Assembly: GCA_000708835.1 (NCBI GenBank)
Contig: DF237087.1
Span: 104,016 to 168,015 of the forward strand
Length of the DNA: 64,000 nt
Direction of reading: 5' to 3'
From: Klebsormidium nitens
Taxonomy: Eukaryota > Plantae > Klebsormidiophyceae
The translations under genes and the position numbers were made by a program. This document shows, in pieces, positions 45,255 to 57,539 of this stretch. Numbering within the stretch: position 1 is the stretch's first letter; every line of letters starts with the position of its first letter. The notes under the pieces were generated by a model. It ran no database searches. It saw nothing but the letters and a program-made list of their open reading frames with translations, and was not told the DNA's origin.

Positions 45255-46330
45255 CCGGAAGCAAATTATTTGCACTGCAGATTATGCTTTGAGTAAAGAA
45301 CATTGGGTGCAAATTGTCTGCCCCGGCCATGCCTTCAACTTTCTATGTTGACAGCGTCTTGTAGGAGATGGCACCAAGCCGAGTTTTTGCACCGGACTTC
45401 AATCTACGAGTAAAGAACACCCCGTGCAAATTGTCTGGCAACCATGCCCCCGGCTTTTTGGGGGGCGTCTTGTAAGTGATCGCACCAAGCCGATTTTTTG
45501 CACCGGACTTCAATCTACGAGTAAAGAACGCCCCGTGCAAATTGTCTGGCAACCATGCCCCCGGCTTTTTTGGGGGGCGTCTTGTAAGTGATCGCACCAA
45601 TCAAATTATTTGCACTGCAGNNNNNNNNNNNNNNNNNNNNNNNNNNNNNNNNNNNNNNNNNNNNNNNNNNNNNNNNNNNNNNNNNNNNNNNNNNNNNNNN
45701 NNNNNNNNNNNNNNNNNNNNNNNNNNNNNNNNNNNNNNNNNNNNNNNNNNNNNNNNNNNNNNNNNNNNNNNNNNNNNNNNNNNNNNNNNNNNNNNNNNNN
45801 NNNNNNNNNNNNNNNNNNNNNNNNNNNNNNNNNNNNNNNNNNNNNNNNNNNNNNNNNNNNNNNNNNNNNNNNNNNNNNNNNNNNNNNNNNNNNNNNNNNN
45901 NNNNNNNNNNNNNNNNNNNNNNNNNNNNNNNNNNNNNNNNNNNNNNNNNNNNNNNNNNNNNNNNNNNNNNNNNNNNNNNNNNNNNNNNNNNNNNNNNNNN
46001 NNNNNNNNNNNNNNNNNNNNNNNNNNNNNNNNNNNNNNNNNNNNNNNNNNNNNNNNNNNNNNNNNNNNNNNNNNNNNNNNNNNNNNNNNNNNNNNNNNNN
46101 NNNNNNNNNNNNNNNNNNNNNNNNNNNNNNNNNNNNNNNNNNNNNNNNNNNNNNNNNNNNNNNNNNNNNNNNNNNNNNNNNNNNNNNNNNNNNNCCAAGC
46201 AGATTATTTGCACCGGAATTCAGTCTATGAGTAAAGAACACCCCATGCAAATCGTCTGCCACCATAGGATCATACCGTCGGCTTTTCTGGGGGCTTTTTG
46301 TTGATAGCACCAAGCAGACAACTTGCACTG
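45255..46330 (+). repeat. Largest hairpin-unit array, collapsed into an N gap
   Basis: Near-identical units lie on both sides of the 45621-46194 gap. Confidence 0.85.
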
Positions 46331-47300
46331 GAATTCATTCGACATGTGCAGCGCGGCCAGGTTAAGTACGCTTTTCAATGAGACGTGCTATCACTGTGCT
46401 ATGGTTAACTGCATGAATGCATATGGTATATGGATCAAGGTGTGCCACTCACCTCTAGATGCTGGCATTCAAACCCGCAATCACTGCCGGACTGTGACGG
46501 GATGTGCTGTCATCAGCACCAAAGGTATAGGCTGTCATCAGCATCGAAGCTGCCTCTTTTCCGTCGTTGTCAGTGTGTCCTCAGCTTCTCAGCTTGTATG
46601 CTGCCAGTAGTGCAAGTTGAGGAATCATGGGGATTTGTCGCAAGTTCCAGCTCTCAGGCTTACTTCCAGGTTCCAAGTCCGAGCTGAGATCATGTCAGAG
46701 GCAGTGCGGCGGCCCAAATACCGTTGAAGGTTCCATCGAATGCAACTTGACTGAGTACAAACTGCAAGCTAAATGATCTACTGACTCACTGCGGCTCTTC
46801 AGGCTCTTTTTGCAGAACCAATGATTGACATGTCTCTTGCGGCCGACCTACCACAGTCCACTTTCCCACTTGCTCACGGGAAGGAAAGGAGAAGGCGTAG
46901 ATATTTGGCAAACGATGGTAGAGATCTGAGGGACATTTGGCCTTACATTGTGGCACAGGGACCTAAGAAAGTTGAGAAGCGAGCCCAGGCTCAGCACCTC
47001 AGCAATGCACCTGAACTGTACGAGTTTGGGTCCTTCGAAGGTCTGAATCTCAATATCACATAATCGCTCACGGGCTATAACGAGCACAAAGCATCTGGAG
47101 CCGTCAATTTTTGCCTGGTCGTCAGTTGTCGTCCATCGACGGTGACCGACTCATCGAAGCTAGGCCAAACCGGGCACTCGCTATGTGCATGGGGATCCCT
47201 CTAAAGACATCTCGAATGGACGGTGCACGGAAGGGCGTCCTTCTCACGGACGGTCCCGATGAAAACCCTAGGTTGGGTGGGATTGTAGCCTCGCGCCCGC

Positions 47301-47439
47301 CCAGTTGGCGCGACCTTGCATTCCCACCCAACCCAGCCCGGTCAGTCTACCGGGCACCCGGGAAGAGGCCGCTTGTAGCATAGGCTATGTGCCACATTGT
47401 ACCTGGCGTGCCGTTACCGCATCACATTGGACCGTTCCC
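47301..47439 (+). promoter_or_regulatory. Conserved non-coding module upstream of header gene C
   Basis: 38 bp are identical to 10678-10715, and the downstream boxes are shared. Confidence 0.7.
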
Positions 47440-47631
47440 GATCACATTGAAGGCCGGCAAGCTGTGCACAGTTGGAAGTCGCATTCTAACAGACAGACGC
47501 AGGCGTTTGCTTTAAAATAGATCTGCTTCAGGGTCCTGCGACTCTGCTTCAGCTCGACTCTGAGCAATCCTCCATTCCTTGCTTCTGTGTCCTCGCAGCC
47601 GTCATCAGTAGATGTAAGTGCTTGATAGACA

Positions 47632-50600
47632 ATGGCAAGAAGTCGTCCTATTGGTTGGACGAAGTCAGACCACCGGGAATGTCAGGCAGCTCGGTATGCA
47701 CGGGCCGCAGACTACAGAGAGCGTATCTCAATCAGCGTTGAAAAGCAGGAAAGGTTGTTCGCTGCTCTCAATGCTCAAACAGCCGAAATACCGGTCCCTC
47801 GTCGCCGGCGAGGCCAGAGCTCCAAGGATTGTAAGGTTGAGGCAGCTGAACCACCCGGCCCCCACAGGTCACAGGAGCAGCCAGCTGGCAAGATCCCACG
47901 AGGTCGTGACTCAAGTGCTGCTGACGAGAAAGCAAAGCACTATGATGCACAGGTACTCCGAGAAGCTGTGCAATGTGGTGCAGAACAGGGTGAGCAAAAG
48001 CCTGTTCAATTGTCTCTCCTTCAAGCATGGCCAGGTTGAGATCATAATGGGCCACTGTCCTGGTACGGCGCCAGAAGTTGGTGGCATGGTTGTGCCTGTG
48101 CAGGGAACCGTACCAGATTCTGGCCAAATCTTTCTTCAGATAGTAACAGGTCACTTCCTGGTACAGCATGGAAAGTTGATGGCATTGCTGGGTGTGCCTT
48201 GGGATTTGTACCAGGTTTCAACCACTTTTGCTTGAACAAAATAATGGCGGCAGAGCTTGATGTGATTTGACTGGGCGTGCGCAGGGAAGTGTACCAAGTT
48301 CTGGCCAATTGTTTTTGAAGATCATGTTACGTTAATTCTTGGTACAGTGCCAGAGGTGGCCGGTCTCGTGAAGGCAGGTGTGTTGGGTTTTTTTGGTCCC
48401 TGATTCTCGTTACCTGCATCTCTTTTTCAGACCCACACGCCGTTCACTGCGACGAGTGCATCAGGATCGCAGAGTTTGGGCTCCGCGGCAGCAAGAACGG
48501 AGGGAAGGTCCGATACTTCTGCAAGTTCAATGGCCCAACAAAGGGCTGTTTTCACATCGACAGGGACCGAGCGGGTAAGAGGAGACGCACACACCCCGCT
48601 TGTGTGCAAGAGGAGGCAAGGTTGACCTTGATACTTGGCATGGCCGCTGCACCTGCAGCTCTGGACTGATCATGCCCTTTTCGCATTGCAGCATGGGTTC
48701 AGGCTCGGGAGGAGGCGCTGCAGAAGGCGAACTCCGCCTGTCATAAATGCAAGCAGGAGAGGAAAGGGTCAGGATCATCTGCCCCTCCTTGGTCATGGGC
48801 AGGATCAGCAGGTGAGCACCAAGCCAAAGGTCCAATCATTACTTTGCATACCCCCGAGCTACAAACCGTTGGCAGGTGTCACGCAACGAGGTGAAGAAAA
48901 CGAGATTTCTTTTGCTGGAGTCGTTGGGCTCAGATGGCTATTTTTTGTTCATCTGGAGGGGCTCCTAGCGGCGTATCAAAAGTTGCGCACTAAAGAAGAA
49001 GCGTTCGATGGTACATCTTTCGCGATTTGGCCAACTTTGCAGCTCTTTGAGACCATGTACTATGATGATTATTACATTCTACTCTTTAGAATTTGGGTTT
49101 TTGTATTTTATTATTATACCAGTTGGTTGTTCTCTTGTATACAGTTCAAGACAGTAAGGTCTCTGTCATGCCTCTGATGCGCTATGAATCATTTGGCTGT
49201 GCATTTAACACACAAATCATGAACAATCCCAATCCAACTCTTTGCTGTTTTCCCCTGCAGCTTCTCAAAAAAAGGGGGTTTGGGCTTCCATGCCCATGAG
49301 CCAGTCGCTGATAGGTAAGGCACTTTGATAGCAACTCTGGATCTGCAGTCTGTTGGAAAGCAGTAGGGCTTCATCTGAACATGCAAACACCTGAAGAGCA
49401 CTTGGGCTTGTCCTAATACGTCCTATCTGTTGACTTGTGTTTGGTATTTGCTGATTGCTTTTTGGATGAAGCCAGCAGGTCGCATATGCAGCATCTGACC
49501 GTGGCATCCTTCCGTGCAGTGACGCTTTTGAACATTGGCGGTGTCGAACCAAACCCTGGACCTTCTCCCGAGGAGGTGAGCGTTGACAAGGGGATGTCTC
49601 GCCAGCAGTTCAGGGCCAGAGCAGCACGAGTTGTATTCAAGCATGACAGAGCAACTTCTCTTCGTGTTCATGCTACCAGAACAGCGGCGTGTGCGTTGTT
49701 GTGCTGATCCTTCAATGTCTTTCCCCCACAGATTGCGCGAGATTGGCAGGAAGCGTATCCAAAGATCGACCCTCCGCTGCTGAGTTTCCTGGCAGAGAAG
49801 ATGACCACCTTGGAGAGTTGGAGAGAGTCCACAATCGAGCACCGCACCACCGCCCTGTACCTGTGGGCACGCCTGTACACAGGGCAATGGTCAGGGAACT
49901 GGGATTTGTTTCTCTTGGGGATTCCAGGTGAGCAGCTCCCTCTTTGATCGAGTAGGCTAGCTTTGACGGAAATTGTCAGAGACCAGCAATTGAGATTGGG
50001 GTAAGAATCAAGCATTCTAATGCTGCTGTATGGCATGTCTCGGTCTGTCAAGGGGGATGGCTAGATGGCTGGAGTGTTTTTCTCGAAAGCATTCCAGGTA
50101 AGCAGTTCCCTCTGTGGAATTGCTAAAGTGCACCCCCGATCAGTGGAGTAGGCTAAGCGGTCCGCTTGAAGAGCAGGACCAGAGGTTTACATCGATCCGA
50201 TGGTGATTCATCCGAGTGTGAGTGTTGGTTGTCAGCATGGAGCGGCAAGGAAGCTCGAGGAAGATGGCATAGGGAGGACACTTCTGACTGGCAGGTGGTG
50301 TCTGGCAATATATCCACTAATCTCTCATTCTTGCTGAGAACACTAGTGCCTGTTAGGCATGGATGTTCCCTTGCAGAAGTGGAGTTACTCTGGAGTGAAA
50401 GTCGCTTGCTGTGCGCTGGACGGCAGATCAGCTGTGAACAATGAGATGCAGGGTGCTTCTCAACCGTCACCCTGGTGCAGTCTGCAGAAGGCTTGTTCTT
50501 TTGTTTGCTCGCTGCTCCGGATTTGACATATTCGAGACCCTAATCTGCTCATTCTTCTGCTGCAGTTGAAAAGAAGAGTCAGCATGCAGGAGTGGGCCCA

Positions 50601-53600
50601 TCTGCCGATGTGGAGATGCAGGATGCTGACACAAGTAACCAGAGTCGTGAGTTTTGCCGATCATCTTCTGTGGCGTTGCGGCGCGGCATGTATTTGTTGA
50701 GTGCTTGTTGAGGTTGTTTGTAGCTTGCTCAGTGCTCATGATTACCAACACCGCAAAGCAGAGTCGGATTGACTGTCGATGGCCTTAGTCGAAGACAATT
50801 GAGGTCAAACCAAACCTCGAACCGGCACTTCTGTTGTCAGAAAGGTGACAGGCTCGAAAGGTGGACATACCTTTTCCCCCTACTTGCCGCCTTGCTTTCC
50901 GGCACCTGACGAACTAACCATGGAGGGGTTAAGCAAGCTAGCAACAACCGCATACCTGCCTCTTGTCCGCCTTGAATTTCTTAGTGATGTGATTGCGTTC
51001 CGCCTTCGCCTAGTAGTGACGCTGCCCACAAGCCGCTGCATTCTCAAGCTATGCTTCTATTTTGGCTAAGTTTGTGCGAGTGCCTCTATGCAGGTGCACG
51101 GAGTGACATCCTGGCGTTGGAGAAGTCGGTGGCTGTCTCAACACATCTGGAGGTCAGTGAACTCTGCCAAAATTCTCTCTTACGTCAATCGCACGCAAGA
51201 GCTGGAAGGGCCTCCTCCCTCATGCCTTCAATTGAATCTCAAGTTCCAGTCACTTCTACAGTAGTGTCCCTGTTTCCTGCTTGCTGGTGTAATAGAAGAG
51301 AGTTTGCTGCGTTACTGTGCGAGTCCTGACAGCTTTGAAGGTGCTTGTGCGGGGTTCTGCACCTCTTCGGGCATAGAACGGTAACTTGCGGAGTGCATTC
51401 TATTGCAGCCGACCTCTGGAGATCGGACGTGGGAGGAGGAGAGCATGCTGTCCAAGAAGCGCAAGCAGGCCAGTCCGCACTTTGTAGGTCAGTCATCAAG
51501 CCCGCGGTTGAATTTACAATGAGAGCGTCTATTTTGAGGATAGAACACGCAAGGCCAAGAACGACAGAGCTCTAAGTCTATCAAAGGACGGCAGAGTCAG
51601 AGACGATTTTGTGGAATTGTTGAGCTTTGCTTTATCGTTCTGAACGCAGTTCTTCAGAGGAAGAAGAGGCTGACGCTGGAAGGCGGCTTGTACGTAGAAA
51701 TTACGCTCCGCCTACAGTTCCTCGTCGCACTTCACTTGGGCGAGCTTCAGAGGATGCTCTCATCTATGCACATCTCTCGCAACCTCTTGTGTTTGATACA
51801 GTGGTGCATTCATCAGAAGGACAAGTCTTCGATGCATGGGTCGTCCTTTGCTGCTGCTTGTTGATTCCTGACAAACTCTCTTCTCTCCAGCTGAGCGGCT
51901 CTCAGAGCTCTTTGGAGGTCTCTACGACAAGGATGTTGGTCGAAGGATGGAAGAACTGACAAACAATCGAGTTGGCAGAATCCAACCAGGGGCCAACGGA
52001 CTGGTGGAAAACATTGGGAGCCGCTTCAAGCTGGCGGGCTATAACGAGTTCCTGGTTGACCTTTTAAAGTGAGCTCGCCATCTAAACCTTTGAAACGGCA
52101 CGTGCCAGGTCTCTGCCTTATCTCCTCATTCAGCTGACGCCAAGTAGGTCTACCGAGCTGACTTACTGTAAAAGTGCTATACTGATTGGAGAATTTGGAG
52201 AGTCTTCTGCCAAGTGTCCGCACTTAGTGGTGCACCTGTGTGGGGACAGTTCGCCAGCAGATTCTCGGGATCTGGAAGGTTTGAAACTTGTGCTTGTCCA
52301 GCATCTCAGTATTCTACTTCGGCCAAGGAGGTAGGGTTGGAAACAGTGGTTGTCAAGAGCTCCAAAGGGTGATAGCGGCTCTTGATACCTCCTATCTGTT
52401 TTGCAGCACAATTGCTGCCCTGGTTGAGCGGCTTGACAGCAACGAGGTGGCGCCTCAAGAGAAGATTGAGAGTGCTCTGCATCTCGGACGGATCATTGCC
52501 GGCCCTGGCCTGGGGAAGTCGACCGTGCTTCAAGAAAGCTGGATCCACCTCCATAAGCTAGTGACGAGTCTCTCCGAAGAGGACAAGAGGAGGGTTTTCG
52601 AGAAGAATCCACGACTGTTGAAAGCGCTGCACACGTGCCTCAGCCGTGAGAGGATGCTGGTGTTCAATCTGTCCTTCCAGAACCCAGGTGCGGTTCCCCT
52701 TGCGTCAACTTTACACCTGTCTTGATCAAAAGTACGCTGATCTGACACTGCTCACTCTCCAAGAGCCAACTTACTTCGCTTCCAACGGAAGTTGCTGTTC
52801 TTACACCACGGCGCTCCAAAGCATATGTCCTCCTTAGCTCTGTCTGGTCTCGAAAAGTTTCAATCCATCTTTCACGCTAAAACTCTTGGTCTGACAAACC
52901 TACAGAGCAGCCGAAGCACGTTGTTTGCATCAGCCCTGTAGGCAGGGTCATGCCGATGTGTAGTGAAGGGGCCCAATGGAGTCAGGGAGATCTGCTTTGG
53001 CGATGCGTCAGAAAAAGAGTCTGACCCTCTGGATCAACGTGCTCCATCTCTCATCTGCAGATCAAGGGAAGTATCACCCGTTCGAGCAAAAGCTCCGAGA
53101 GAGAGACCAGGATTGGGACAGAGTGCTAGCCCTGCGCCTGCTGCACGCCTGCCTAGCGAAAGCGGGGGGAGGGGGGAAGCGAGGCACGGAAGAAGAAGGG
53201 GGGGGAGAAGAGTCGATCAGGGACTACGAGCGGTTCTGGGAGACCTTCATGGAGCAGGAGGAGGACCTGCTTGAGAAACTCAGCTCGATGAAGGTGCTCG
53301 ACTTCATCAGAAGGAGGGCCAATTTGGCTGATGACCAGCACGCTCTCATCGTGTTCACCTTCGATGAGCTGGAGGCCATCAATCACACCCCAAAAACCAA
53401 AAACGACGCCACTATCGGCCAGCACCTTATGTCGGCTTTCGCCCGCCTGCGACAGAGACTCCATACCCTGCAGTGTAGGCAGGGCACGCATGGGCGAACG
53501 TTTGCCATCAGCCTCGCTGCGAGTACAAGGGCATCAGCAACGACTCTCAGGTGTTGCACGTACCTCTCTGTCACTTCGCTCATCAAGTGGCCTGTGTGAT

Positions 53601-56398
53601 GCATGTGCATTTGATGGCACCCGCGAAAAACGTGCTCTTCTTCGCACATGTAGGCTCGCACAAGGACCGAACGAGTTGGAAATGAATCAGCTCTCTCTCC
53701 TGCACCTCGATCGAAAGTGTGGATCGCCTGGTGGGTCAAATGCTACTGAGTGCATTTTCTGCCTCCTTTTGCTGAATGGATGCTCACTCTAACCTCTATT
53801 CCTCTCTCCAGTTTGACTGCATCCGAGAAAGCCGGCATCCTGGACCTGCACGTTCCCATCCAGACCTACTTGAGTCTCAAGTCCATTTCTCTAGACCTGT
53901 TCCGGCGGAGCAACATCCCCATTCACAAGGGCAACATGTCGGCGACCTTCAAGGCCTGTCTCCGTTTCTTGGGGGGTGTTCCGCGGACGTTGGATCGTCT
54001 GTTAGTGGCACTGTCGGGTGGAGACGCAAACGAGTCTATCAGGAAACTCGACTTGGGTGCGATTCTGTACCTCTGTAATACTCTTGCTCCCAAGCCAATT
54101 TTTTGCGTATACAACCACTCTTCTTAGCACGTCCGTTGGGCTGGCCAGATCTTAGATTGTGCGAGGTATAAGCTGAACCTGTTGCCAATGCATATATGTA
54201 GTCTCTACTGCCCTGGTTGCTGGTTCTGGATCCAGGATTCTCGTGGAAACCTCTTCTGTCTGTCCACGTGAGTCTCTAGCAAGCAATAAAGCCGATGTCA
54301 AGTGGAGACAGTTGTAAAGGAGGTGGGCCCACTTACTCTCTCGGTTCTTCTGATCTGTAAAGATCCTGGCCACTTGCTCCGCAGCTTGAAAGCTGCTGAT
54401 CAGATTGTCTTCCTCCTCTCAGGGAAACTGCGAGAAGTTCTGCAGGCCAACATCAACCCCAAATTGGCGCTGCGTGAGGTGCTGGACGCTTATCAAGACG
54501 ACACGAACATGCGGCGCTGGAAGGAAGATCCAGTGAAACGCGAGATGATGGAGAGCATGCTTGCGCATGGGTTGACGGGGGAGACGGTGTTCAGAGACGC
54601 CTTTGTGGACAGCAAGGAGAAGATCACTTGGCAAATGCTGGAGAGCGACGGCTTCATCCACCTCGGGATCGAGAAGAAAGAGCCCCAAAGTGAGCAATTC
54701 TGGTTGCGTGGGGGGCTGAGAAGTGAAGGAAGGCGAACTATTGGTGTGTGAGCACCTGCTGAGTACAAGTTGAGGCGTCTGCTTCGAAGCACATTAGTCT
54801 GGGCAGCATTTTGAGCAGGGGTGCGCCTGCTCACAGTTCTTACCTAATGAGCAATCTCAATGCAGCAGACGCATCGAGCTGGACCGTCCGATAGGACTAT
54901 GATTCGTCTGGAATATGAGGGTTCATGTCTCAGCATCGTTTCCACATATCAGGACGTTGCCTGCTGGTCTTTCCTTGTTAATCGCATGCCCTGTGACTTG
55001 CTAACAACCTCGCTTTCTCCTGGGTATGCTTAGCTGGAGTCTGCTTTGCTTTGAAGTGAATGGGACATCTCTTAATGCGGGTGTCTTTTTGCAGCTCAGG
55101 AAGGTCGGCGAGACTCGGCTGGGTCAGTCGACCTCACGCCAAGGGAGTCCGATGCAGCAGGAGGAGAAGGAGCAAGCGGCCAGGCAGTGCTAGTAGGTGG
55201 CGATCCAGCGGCGGCTGGAATCCACAAATCGAGGAGCCAAGGAAAGGAGCAAGGAAGGGCAGGAGGTCCGCGGGCAAGAGCGCAGGAGAAAGATGGGGGG
55301 TGGGAGAGCGGAGAAGGAGCTCCATCCGTCAAACCGCGCGCACAAGACAGGGACAGAGTGAACGAAGGAGCAGTCAGCGAAGCTGTTGACGATGACGATG
55401 CTGAGGCCCACGGGAATGACCCAGTCAGTCGCTACAGGAGGATAGTATCTTTGCTTAGTGGCAAGCAGAAGCGTCGTGCAAAGACGCAGCAGAGGTACTC
55501 TGTTCAGGTTTGCCCCATCATCTTCTTTGCGGGGGCAGACTATCATCCTATGACCCGGCAGATGTGGCTCCCCATCTTCCACGCATTGGACATCGAGTGG
55601 CGCAACAGGGAGGAGACGGACCTCCAGATTCCGATGCTGAAGCTGTACGTGTACAAGAAGTTCTTCCACAGGAGCACAGTGCAGCTTCGACAGCTGTTCC
55701 CTGGTCTGCCGGAAGATTTGGCAAGGGTGAGAATAGTGGTTCCAAATGGCGGGTGGGAGCGAAGGAAGGACCAGAGAAAATATGACAAGGAAGACATGCT
55801 CAGGCTGAAGTCTGAAGCGACCCTCGAGAGAAATTGGGCCCACCTCGGGCCTGGAAACTACGGTTGGGATGGGGTGTATTTCTTCTTCCGTGCATCGGAG
55901 GAAGAGGAGGCAGAGGAAGAAAGCGCAGAATTTGCGCCAGAGGAAGCAGGAGAGGAGAGCCTGGAGCTTGTGGCAGAGGCGGGGGCCGTTGAGAGGTCAT
56001 CATCACAAGCGGGGGGCACCGGCGGTCGTGCAAGGGAACGCGAAAGCGGGACAGGAAGTAGGGAAGCTGAAGCCCTAAAATTCCAGACGAGAGTGCAATC
56101 GAAGAAGAGGGTCAGGAATCCGACAGGTTCAGCAGAGGAAGACTCAATGGTTTGGGCTCCCCAGAAGGTGAAAGCCAGCACGATCAACTGGGAGATGGAC
56201 GCGGAGCAAGAGAAACAGGGCAGGTCAGATTTGATTGTGTATGTGACGGACCACCGCCTTGATTCGGACCGCAGCGAGCTCTCGGAGAACATCACTGTTG
56301 TAGATGCAGCCCTCATTCCGCTGTACTACGGCCCATTTTTTTACATGAAAGATGCTTTAGACGCGGCATTCCATGGGGCAAACCGCCGCTACGAGTAG
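47632..56398 (+). CDS. Header gene C: header + Zn knuckle + 2A-like motif + second type of Crinkler NTPase + REase-fold nuclease
   Basis: Phase-compatible chain (some boundaries approximate): 47632-47989, 48431-48574, 48692-48811, 49261-49314, 49520-49575, 49732-49927, 51094-51152, 51409-51487, 51891-52068, 52302-52687, 53061-53550, 53654-53715, 53812-54055, 54423-54689, 55095-56398. Walker A AGPGLGKS, Walker B FTFDELE, GGVPRTL, WQMLESDG, NYGWDG, VQSKK, LYYGPF. Confidence 0.7.
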
Positions 56399-57176
56399 CT
56401 CGCGACGAGAAGTAGGGGTGCTCTTCATAGATCATAGGAAGACTTTGTAAGGCTGTCGTGAGATGAGAAGTAGCCACACAAGATTATCTTTGCATAGGCG
56501 GCTAGAGGCCGTAAGGCCGGTAGGGATAAAGTGCTGGCTCCAAGCAATAATTGGTTTCGCTCTACATGCCTGATCGACTTGTAAGATTTAAGCGAAGGCC
56601 GAGTCTTTAATACAGAATTGTGCGACGCATGTGTGTGGTTGTATACCTGTATTGTGGATCAAAGCATGAAAGTAAGCGTGTAAAGGTTCGATTTTGGTGG
56701 ATTCTTTTCGGCTCCATCTCTCCAAGTAGCAAGTAAATGCCGTCAAAAATATCGTTGCAAATCATTTGCGAGTAATTTTCGATTGGATTGGGGATAGTCT
56801 TAATTCTGAACACAGCCCGCCTTGCACGACGCTCCTAAAGCTTGGCAAAGTCTTTTGCAAACACTGATTGAAAATCATGTACATTGACGGCAGTCCTAAA
56901 GAAAGAGTACATAGATGGGCAACGAGCAGGATATGCCCCTTGTATGAGCAACCATATTCACGTGACATTGATGCGTGAGCTCATGCTAGCTGCACATGTT
57001 GCATGAGGAATTTGTCCAAGCTAGGCCTTTTTGGAGCATAAAGAGTCCGTGCGTGATCGACACTTTGCAAGCCCGAGAAGGTTGCTTCATAGACTCAACG
57101 AGTGCCTATATTGGCTCGCCTCTCCCCAGGGGGGAGGGCAGCCGTGGGGATAGGGTTTTTTGCCACTGTACGACTG

Positions 57177-57302
57177 CAGTTGGCGTGACATTGCATACCC
57201 CGCCGGGGAGATCGCCCAGAGCATAAGCTATCAGCCATAAGGAGCCGGCACTGCCTCAAGGGCCCAGCACTCACCATTACCGCGCTGTGGTGGACCGTTC
57301 CC
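57177..57302 (+). promoter_or_regulatory. Diverged copy of the upstream module, in front of gene D
   Basis: CAGTTGGCGTGACATTGCATACCC, GCATAAGCTATCAGCCA and GGACCGTTCCC appear in the same order as in A and C. Confidence 0.6.
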
Positions 57303-57539
57303 ACCCCATTTCCGAGTCCGTCGGACCAGAGCACTCCCTGGCCTGGCCCTGGCCCTGGGCCTCAGCAAGCATGAGGTCCCCACAAACATCAGAGCAGCAA
57401 GGATCCACGAAGGAAGGAAGGGAGCCTGGCTAGGAAGTCCTCATCACGGGGCGTGTCAGCTATTATTTATGCTGTTTGCGTTCTTGATCAGAAAATTCTA
57501 GAGGTGACTCAGATTCCAGGTCACCAGGTACAGGTGGCA

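Noticed and set aside
40100-45260. Terminal inverted repeats of the KDZ element
   Set aside because: Only a short direct match (aaactcgg) was found; no convincing inverted repeat by eye.
45476-46328. Five ORFs of 200+ aa
   Set aside because: Artefacts of the N gap within a repeat array.
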